In this document: piece after piece, positions 54,636-64,000 of the stretch
Numbering within the stretch: the first letter of the stretch is position 1
Layout of the letters: each line of letters opens with the position of its first letter
Origin: Carcharhinus longimanus
Taxonomy: Eukaryota
Reading direction: 5' to 3'
NCBI GenBank assembly: GCA_030264375.1
Contig: JASCQW010000163.1
Coordinates: 26,344,967 to 26,408,966, forward strand
DNA: 64,000 nucleotides
The notes under the pieces: generated by a model
Database searches by the model: none
What the model saw: the letters and a program-made list of their open reading frames with translations, nothing else
Told to the model about the DNA's origin: nothing
Position numbers and translations under genes: made by a program

Positions 54636-54728
54636 CAATGTTTCAATGACCAAAACTTTGAAGTAGTTTCTTTCTCCAGAGACACTGTCTGACCTGCTGA
54701 GCATTTTCAACATTTCTTGTTTGGATTA
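54636..54728 (-). mobile_element. Penelope-like repeat fragment
   Basis: tctccagagacactgtctgacctgctgagcattttcaacatttcttgtttt is a diverged reverse complement of the 52.0-52.4 kb element. Confidence 0.55.
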
Positions 54729-54973
54729 AAACTTAGCATTAATGATAGTATTTTACTTTGATAGCACTGTATGCTTCTGACGTTTGTTATATTAAATAAA
54801 AAACATATTTTTAATTTTTCGCCTGTTATCATTTTGTTGGAAGAAACGGGAACATGCTTTCACATCTGGTTTGTTAAAAATCTACTTAGGGCCAACAGAG
54901 GCTGACTTTACGCTGGGTTGGAGTTCAATATCCTGCGTAAAGTCCAAAAAGTATACGAACGCCGATCGGACAT

Positions 54974-55284
54974 CATAGAATCCTACAATGTAGAAGGAGG
55001 CCATTCGGCTCATTGCGTCTGCACCGACCACAATCCAACTCACGCCCTATCCCCATAATCTCATGCATTTACCCTCGCTGGTCCCCCTGACACTAAGGGA
55101 CAATTTAGCATGGCTAATCAACCTAACCCGCATATCTTTAGACTGTGAGAGGAAACTGGAGCACCCGGAGGGACCCCGCGCAGACATGGGGAGAATGGGC
55201 AATCTCCCGCACAGACAGTGGTGGCCCGAGGCTGGAACTGAACCTGGGTCCCTGTGAGGCAGCAGTACTAACCACTGTGCCACC
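54974..55284 (-). mobile_element. Near full-length HE1/V-SINE-like SINE
   Basis: The reverse complement begins GGTGGCACAGTGGTTAGTACTGCTGCCTCACAG, has B-box GGTTCAGTT and ends GGATTCTATG. Confidence 0.9.
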
Positions 55285-55981
55285 CATAGGTTCAGACGTT
55301 TCATATTATTACACTTGAATCAGATCAATGCCTAAATCCCAAATCACACTGCTGGTCTCAGGCCATATATACTGGAAGGAGATTGGTCTGAAAGTGATGG
55401 CAATTGATATTTAATTTCGTAAATGTTTTCCATTTCCTTTTTTGCCAATTTCTATTCAGAGACACCTTGGTTGTGTGAGTTGGTGAGTGAATTGCCGGGC
55501 GCCACAGTAGCCCCGATCACAGGAGTGTAAGGAACATTCACATGCCATCTGTGGTGTTGCTGAAAAGCGGTTCGCTCATCAGGTGCTGCTGAAGGCAAAT
55601 GCGGTAAATTGCATTCGCGTCAGCCACAGAACCTCAGCACCTGAGGTATAGGCTGTAACATCAAATAGTTTGCCCTCAAAAGATAAGGGGAGATAACGAG
55701 TATGTCATTTCCTGAATTGTTGGCTAATTTTGCGGGTAATAAACATATAGTTCATGGCGATAAAATGAGCGAAACCATTTGCGTGCATACCTTGCGACCA
55801 CTCCCGCACCCGGAATTACCTCACAAACATCAAGATGCTCTGACAATATTGAGTCAGCACCGAGATGTTGAAGATGTCGCCAGGAATTAATCCACCAAAA
55901 TCTCCAAGTTCAATAAAGAGGTGAATATGTCAAAACTTTCATAGCCGGAGTCCTTGTGGAAATGAGAAAACTTGAACTTCT

Positions 55982-56141
55982 CATAGAATCCCTGCAGTGC
56001 AGAATGAGGTCATTCGGCCCATTGAGTCTGCACCGACCACAATCCCACCCAAGCCCTATCGCCATAACCTCACATATTTACCCAACTAATCCCCTGACAC
56101 TAGGGGACAATTTAGCATGGCCAATCAACCTAACCCGCGCG
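55982..56141 (-). mobile_element. 5'-truncated copy of the same SINE
   Basis: Colinear with 54974-55130 (catagaatcc...ctgcaccgaccacaatcc...ggacaatttagcatgg.caatcaacctaacccgc). Confidence 0.88.
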
Positions 56142-59100
56142 CATTTTTTTCGGAGTTTTTTTAAAAAATGTTGATGCCGGTATAGAACATTCTTCCGCAC
56201 TTCACCCTTCTGTAACGTTAACGATTGAGTCAAGGTACATGTGTCCCTTCATGTTTAGAGAACTCTGGAAGGTCAGTGCCTCACCCGAAAACTGCTCCTT
56301 CAGCGGTGTCAGCAACAGTGTGCCAGGAAAGGAAAGGACAGAGCCACAGCTATTCAACATTACTTTTAATTATCCTAAGATATTTGAATTGAGAATTGCA
56401 ATATACAATTTGTACGTATACATCAATTTCATAGCTGTTAATACAATACAATATTTATGTTGACATGCAAGTCGTATGGTCCTAACATTGATCTGTAGTT
56501 TTTTTTTCCCCACAGACAAGTGCATAGAATCATAGAACGAAATTTCCCTAAACACTAGTGTAAATGCAGGAATGCCATATGATGACTCTGTAATTTATTT
56601 CATTGTGTCTTTATAAATCACTGTTCCCCATTGTACATTCTCTAGCCCACGACCCAAAAAACAAATCGTAATCCCAATTATTAAGAGCAGAAATTGGGGC
56701 TTATTTAACCCTTTCAAACTTGAAGAATAACTTGTGCCCATCGAAGGATACAGTTCACATTGCATGTAATTATTTCTGAGGTTACAGAATTGAGTGAACT
56801 GTTTACTCATCTACCGAATAGTGCAAATGATGCACTCAAAAAGGGCTATTCCTGACATATACAGGCCATGGAGGTGCATTGCATAGGCTACTCTCAGTTA
56901 TATTGGTGACAAATATGCTACAATTGTGTAGAAGAGGGGAATTGTCCATACTTCTCATCACTGCTCGCTACTGAGTTTCCTGCAACCAAGTACGCACGTT
57001 TGGACGCCGCGTGAGGGCTTAACCTGATGCGGTAACCCCCGAGGTTGTGTCCAATGCCAGCAATCGCCCTTAAGGCTCCCGTCTGAATCGCGGCCACTTG
57101 GGTGAAGTAACGAGGGAAACGTGAGGTTCATGGAACCACGTCCCAACAAGAATGCCTTCAACAGTGGAGACAATTAGAGAGAAACAGAAGAACAAAATAT
57201 GTAGGTGGTTTAGCCCCGAAAGAATGAATGTTTGCACTTTAGCGCACTTGATATGTGCACCTCTTAGGCACAGTCCTTCGAAAAGTGTAGACATCACTTA
57301 TAGGGTTAGTATGTGAGCACTGTAGCACCGAGCAGATAACCGAAACTGCAAACTAATTTATGCAAAAATGGCAAGAGGATGATTGACAGTTTAAGGGTAA
57401 TCACCTTTCATTCAATTAAAAATATGTACATTTTTCACATGATTTATTTTGCAGTAACTACCTCTTGTGCAAACTCGTCAGATTTAGAAAAAAAAGTGTC
57501 AGTATAATGCAACAGCTTACTGTTACGTTGTGGTAGTCTTTTCCCCAAGTCTATTTCACCGATTTTTTTTAGATTGCACTTTTCAGCCGACGAATAGAGA
57601 TTGTAGTTCTCCAAGCGAAAAATAAAAATAACTTCTGAGCACTGGAAATCAACGCCCCAATATTTAGGGGAACATTTGTGGACAGGTTTGAAGTTTTGCA
57701 CATGAATACAAAAAGTCCAATGAAAGTTGCACTGTTGTTTTAAGAACACATATCCGACATAAAGACAGAAAATGGGCATCAATTTTATATAGAAGTTTAT
57801 TGAATTATCCATTTCAGGCTTAATACTAGACATTCCACGACCTCCCCCCCCCCACGCCCCCCCCCCCCCCCCCCCCCNNNNNNNNNNNNNNNNNNNNNNN
57901 NNNNNNNNNNNNNNNNNNNNNNNNNNNNNNNNNNNNNNNNNNNNNNNNNNNNNNNNATGATGGGTTTTGTTGGGGGGGGGGGGGGGGGGGCGGGGGTGGT
58001 GGTTTAACCCCCCGGGGGTTAAAACAACTTTACTGCTATCTCTCTACACCGTCGCTCAAAGAGTTCAGGGACAATATAAACTCCCCGGCACAAATAGAAT
58101 CCATATATAAATAACACTATGCAAAGGCGGAGAAGATGTTGCCACTTTAATAAGCAATCCTCCATCGGTGAACAAACCATATTAAAACCTTTCGATGAAA
58201 ATGTGAGCGATAGAATGTATTTATATTAAGTGATTTTTAGGGCCACAGGATAAAATAGGAGATTTGTAAACAAAGCTTCACTGGAAAACAATCTGATTTT
58301 TAAAAACGTATTCTTGCATAAAGTCCTTTCAGATGACAATAACATTTATTAACTTGTAAATGAGAACATTTGCCTTCAAATTTCAGCTTTCCAGTCAACA
58401 GGTTGAAATTTCACTTTGAAGGAGCCTCGGAGAAGTTGAGACAGGGTAGACAATAATATTGGACGCATGAGTTGAGAGAAGCAAGGCAACAAATGAGATC
58501 CACTTATTTTTGTCAACAGAAGTTTCCCCTCTCACGTCATCATTAATTGCCACATGTTCCAGCACGTTTTTTTGGGTTTCTTTGCTTCAGCGCTTCCTTA
58601 AAGGCTGGCAGTATCTCCAGCAGGCACCGGGGACATGGAGCCAGGCTAAGGCTGTGATCTGAGATCTGTGCCACGGCAGAAAGCTATAACAATATAAGTC
58701 TGTTGGACATGCCGGTTGGGCTGTCAGTTTTAATTTGTGCATGACCTAGTGGCCGAAAAATGGGATAGAAGTGGCAAAAAGTGGGACTGAAAGCTAGTAT
58801 TATTGCTTTGACAGCTTCACTCATCTAGAAGTAATGCAAAATGCAATTTATATTTATACTCCCTGACCTCCTGCTCCAAGGGGAAAGTATCTAATGAAGG
58901 GCCACGAAGGCAGGGGAGAAGCAGCCTTAAGTTCAGCTGGAATTTGTCTACATTGTTATTCTTCAACTGTTTAATTACAGTCCCAACGTAAATCAAACAT
59001 CGAAGAGGGCAATGGAGCCTGAAGTCTTGCCATTGTTTTTTCTGGGAGCTTGGGTAGGACAGGAAGGAATAGGGAGTCCCAGGGATGTTCTGCAGGATGT

Positions 59101-59814
59101 CTGCTCAAACTCTTTATTAGATAAATGTTCAAGAAACACTCCCGGCGTTTGTTTTTCCCTCGGGACCCAGTCACTGAACTGTGTTGACTTTTCACCGTGA
59201 TACCAATGGCCAAACGTTAGATATGCTGGAGTAGCGCCAAAGAGGGGTTTGGGTTCACACCAAAGCAAATGCAATCGTGTCTTCTAGTTTTCTACACACT
59301 GAATACGATCTGCAAGATATTGTGTCTGCTGTCATCATATGTCTCTCTTTTTTATTCTTTCTCCCTTTTAATCCACAGACCCGTGCTTCTGCTAGTCCAG
59401 TAATCCCGTGGCATGTGGCTGATGACATCACATGATGTTCATTGCCGGCAACATCAAGTCCCCCTTACAACTGTCATTTAATGCTGCAACCGAATGAAAA
59501 ATGACTGTGAGACTCTCTGGCTCCCAGAAGTGACCTTGAGTATTATTAGAATGACCTCCCATCGGTTTGACCAGAAGACCTTTGATATCTGCATGGAAGA
59601 AAATATACGAGTGAGATGCCTCGTCTACCAATGGAAAAAAGGACAATAATCAGCGAGAGCAATGCACAAGCTAACTCTTAAGTTGCAACTCATTGCTACC
59701 AACATAAAGAAGCGACCACTGTGCAAAACCTGACTCTACTGTTCTGAGAGTTATATCTTTAATGGACATCATTAGTTTCTGACATAATTTAAAAAGCCCC
59801 GGGCTTGTGAAGGA

Positions 59815-60170
59815 TATATTAATCTATATGTATATAGTGTATGTACATACATGTATATGCATCTACATATAAATCAAATATATCTATTTCTAATATATAT
59901 ACATACATATATATCTATATAAATATATGTCTATTTCTCATGTAAATCTAAAAATAATGTGTACACATACATATATATCTATATATAAATCTTTATATAT
60001 ATATCTATTGTTGAATGTATGTCTATATATAATGGATATACATATATATGTATAAATCTATTTATCTATTTCTAATGTATAATGCATATAATGTATATAC
60101 ATATATAGCTATATATTCTTCTATATATATTTCTAATGTATGTCTATCTATAGTGTATACACATACTATA
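59815..60170. repeat. Degenerate (TA)-rich low-complexity repeat
   Basis: Recurring tatatatctatttctaatgtat-like units. Confidence 0.85.
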
Positions 60171-62297
60171 TCGTCTCTGTCATTAGAAACGAACCTAGTC
60201 GTCAACAATAGTTTTACCTCCTCGCATGGAACATTTCATTACAGGTTATGACAAGTCATGTAGGGGCAGGAAGGAACCAGCAAGTGGGATCACATGTTTT
60301 GAATGGTTAGTTCAGTGAGCAGACTTCCCTTGATCAAAAATTATAGGTAAGTCGAATTCCTTGATGTAATCAGCTTTTCTCCACTCAATCACGCAGTCTC
60401 TGCCATCCCTAAACAAACTCTAAATACTAGCCTGCTCTAATCAGCTCACACACTCGAAGCACGCTTCATGACTAATACGATATCCTGCAAACAAATTAAT
60501 GAGGCCTGATTACGGGAGAGAAGGTTAGCTTCTCTGCTCTACTTTCACCCCCGTGTCGTTCATCTTTCCCCGTCAGCCTCTTACTTCCATCTCTTCACAT
60601 TTCATTAAAGTCTCTACCCACCCACCACCACCGCTCCCCTCCCCCCCGCAAAAAAAACCTTTTCCAAATTCCACCTCGCTAATCCTTTTTCGCCTTTTTG
60701 TGTCTGTTTAGGTGGACTCTTTCTATTTCAGTCCCCGCCCCCACGTCCAGTTTTCACTTTGCCTTACCCAATATCATCGCGCCCTGCACCTCAGCTATAC
60801 AGCAATGAGGGGTTAATAAGCTCCTATCCCTATATAGTGTCCCTTTCAACTGCTCATCCCACGCAAAATACAAATTGGTTGAGATCTTGTTATGCTACAG
60901 AAGTGTGTACACCAACGCACAGCTCCCTGCCACACGGTGCACCTGTCCGGGAACTTGGCATGAGTAAAAGTTCTCAAATCAGGTAAAATACCAATTCCAT
61001 TGAATCAGCCAGGGGCTAGCAACTCCTTGTCGACTGGTATCATTACACAATCAAGGCCGGTAAAACACAGGGACATTGTGCCTGCACTTAGCTACAATTA
61101 GTGAGGTGAAGGGGGGTACCCCATCCATACATCTGTATGAGTGGAGAGAGATATATTGTCGCATCTCTCCAACCCGCACACCAACGCCCCCCCCCCCCCC
61201 CCCCCCCCCCCNNNNNNNNNNCTAGGCAATATGCTCACTTCCCATCCATCCTGAAATTAATACGGATATTGTCATGTGCAGATTATGACCGTGGGATACT
61301 TGAGCTAATGCCTTTTCTCCTCTGCGCATTCGTCAATATGATAAAATGTTTCCTTTGCAATTGGAATGTTGTCGCGTCGAGATTGTAAAGTGCTGAATTA
61401 TGTGTGGCACGTAAGATGGAAAGATAGATACTTCAAAGGCGGCAGATTTAGTGCAATCAAATAACGATGTCGTCCCATTGTCATCTTCTCGGTGTCTCTC
61501 TGTGGCAAAAACTGAAAGCTAAATAAAAAATAAATATGCTTCGGTGATGCAACATCACGCCTGGCCTCTTATTTAGCATTACAGCTATATTCTCTGGGCA
61601 TATAGAATACGTTATATAGATTGTTTAAAACGCATATCTTTGAGTATTTCAATAAGGGCCGGGTTTCTGGGGAATGGCCATAGCCGTTTCTGTAAATCGT
61701 ATTCATGGAAAAATCACCAAAATTGCTTGGAGTAATAAGCAAAGGGAAATCATTGGTTAAAAATTTCGCAATAATCGGGATTAAAGCATCACTGCTCTTC
61801 TGATGATGTTACGAAAACTTTACTGCAAAGAGGGTTTCTGAGACCTGTTAATTAGAACACCTTGAGATTTATTTCATCCCTTCCCCTTAATCCGCCACGA
61901 AACCAAGAGAATGGAATTCACAGCAAGTGTCTCAATGGCTTTAATTTTGCGTGTGTTTTGCTCTCTGATTCATCATTTGCGGCCTCTTAGTGCTCCAAAA
62001 TGGAAGCAGAAATAGTTCCCCACGAGCGGTGACACAGATAGACGTAATATTCCTGTTGGGTAATTCCACCCACAACTTCTTGTTTTTTTTTATTCTTGCG
62101 GATGTTCCCTGCGGGGGGAATAAGACAAATTGAACTAAAATGTGCTTGACTGAAGGGGTGAGCAGCGTAGGAATGCTTGGCTGAACACAGGCATCCTTTT
62201 CTGCATCCTAATGTATGATGCAGAAGCGTAACAACTTATTTCTGTGCATTTGATCAGAGCAAGGGTTTTCTTCAGTCAACACGAAGGTTTAAGCTTT

Positions 62298-62407
62298 AAG
62301 TTCATTTATTAGTGTCACAAGTAGGCTTATATTAAGATTGCAATGAAGTTACTGGAAAATCCCCTAGGTAACAAACCGTTTGGGTAACTGGAAAGCATAC
62401 TTCGGTG
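62298..62407 (-). mobile_element. Retroposon 3' stub (copy 3 of 3), running into a gap
   Basis: atttattagtgtcacaagtaggcttatattaagattgcaatgaagttactggaaaatccccta. Confidence 0.75.
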
Positions 62408-62747
62408 NNNNNNNNNNNNNNNNNNNNNNNNNNNNNNNNNNNNNNNNNNNNNNNNNNNNNNNNNNNNNNNNNNNNNNNNNNNNNNNNNNNNNNNNNNNNN
62501 NNNNNNNCCCGCCCCCCCACACCGCCCCACCCCCATTAGACATAGCGCTATTTTGGGGACCAGGAATGGGTTCACCTGCTGAGAACAAAACAGGTCTCAA
62601 TAATGAAGGGTAACACTAAAATTCAGCGCAGGTGTAACTTGAAGTACAATGAATATAGGACATCCAGAACTTGAGTGTGTCTAATGGGTCACTTCAGGTG
62701 ATTTCTCGCTCACTTGATATATCAAGTGACGTTATTTATTACGACGA

Positions 62748-62905
62748 AGAACAAAGAAAATTACAGCACAGGAACAGGCCCTTCGGCCCTCCAAGCCTGC
62801 ACCGACCATGCTGCCAGTCTAAAACTAAAACTCCCGACCTTTCCGGGGATCATATCTTTCTATTTCCATCCTAATCCTGTGTTTGTCAAGACGCCCCTTA
62901 AAAGT
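62748..62905 (-). mobile_element. CR1-like LINE 3' terminal fragment
   Basis: agaacaaagaaaattacagcacaggaacaggcccttcggccc...ttgtcaagacgccccttaaa is the reverse complement of a shark CR1 3' UTR/tail. Confidence 0.8.
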
Positions 62906-63716
62906 TCCTCCAGAAAATCTTATTTCTCTTTATCTTTGCTTCTCACTAACCCACCCCCCCCCCCCCCCGCCCAACTATAAAATGAAGCCTGCTTCCAGTC
63001 GCTAACTAGCTCAGAAATGTGTGCTCCCTGATTTTCGCCAGGTTCCCAAAACCGATAGGGCGTTTGGAGGCTCTCTAAAAAGAGATACATTTTTAAAAAT
63101 ATCGTTAGACGTTATCTGTCGCACGAATCAAAGTTTTGGAAAAATATATTCATTCATGTTTATATAGGTTTCATTGCAGTAGACATTTTCGACTGGAGTG
63201 GAAGCAGTGGTTTTCACTAATGGCTGCTTTTTGCAGCTCCTGTATTTACACAGACGGGTTCCAATGCATTTATTTTGATTTAATTCCATTCTCTTGTGTT
63301 CAATTGAGCTATGTATAAACACACAGCATCAGCCAATAGATAGTATACGTCCCCCCATATAATAAATACAAGCAATGCCTTCTGCATTACCTGTGTGAAA
63401 ATGTTGTCAAGCAAGAAAATAGATGACTATTTTGCCGAATAAGTGGATCTGTGATAACTTTCAGGATAGAATTGTTTTATTTTGGTTACCTACTGGGAGT
63501 CGATAACCTTCGTCTTCTAAAGTGCGAGAGAGATGAGAAGTAAACCCCTTTTCAATGGTCTAACTGTAAAATTATATGCTGCAGATTACAGTCTCACCGA
63601 CTCTTACACTCGACTGCACGCATCCAGTGCATATTTTGTATTCAAACAATTTGAAACATTTCCCTTAATTTAAGGTTTATCAGACATGGTTTATTACAGA
63701 CTCGAAAGAGTTTTGT

Positions 63717-63787
<71 letters not shown>

Positions 63788-64000
63788 NNNNNNNNNNNNN
63801 NNNNNNNNNNNNNNNNNNNNNNNNNNNNNNNNNNNNNNNNNNNNNNNNNNNNNNNNNNNNNNNNNNNNNNNNNNNNNNNNNNNNNNNTCGAAAGAGTTTT
63901 CTCTCCCCCCCCCCACCCCTCTCTGCTAATTCACGCTTTAGCAGACGACCCTTTCAGAAGCAAATAGAAGTAGTTCAAGGTGATTGATGACAGTGTTTAT

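Noticed and set aside
57840-58025. Poly-C / gap / poly-G and the palindrome TTTAACCCCCCGGGGGTTAAA
   Set aside because: Low-complexity sequence at a gap edge, so unreliable.
63700-63915. ~70-nt poly-G giving poly-Gly/poly-Pro ORFs
   Set aside because: TCGAAAGAGTTTT appears on both sides of the poly-G and gap, which points to a read-end poly-G or overlap artefact.

Overview
This is vertebrate genomic DNA from a gappy draft assembly, almost certainly a cartilaginous fish (it carries HE1/V-SINE-like, Deu-domain SINE and shark-type CR1/L2 repeats). One protein-coding gene is supported: the orphan nuclear receptor NR2F2 (COUP-TFII) on the + strand. Its CDS is join(19766..20186,20984..21511,22889..23163), 1224 nt or 407 aa, with a recognisable core promoter (GC box, CArG, DR1, TATA-like), a pyrimidine-rich 5'UTR and a 3'UTR of about 2.6 kb. 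The remainder is gene-desert-type non-coding sequence, with candidate conserved enhancer blocks, a long stretch with no recognisable transposon (about 4.5-42 kb) and a cluster of partly nested retroelement fragments at 51-56 kb. The most interesting signal is an unannotated upstream alternative first exon at about 14.8 kb. It resembles the exon that makes the mammalian DNA-binding-domain-less COUP-TFII isoform, but has ACG where human has ATG. Other points: a Met-to-Arg change at a normally invariant LBD position, a NAGNAG acceptor, two order-swapped motifs shared by elements 36 kb apart, and a ~146-bp triplication. I found no convincing wholly new biological system. All homology statements are from memory and were not tested by alignment.
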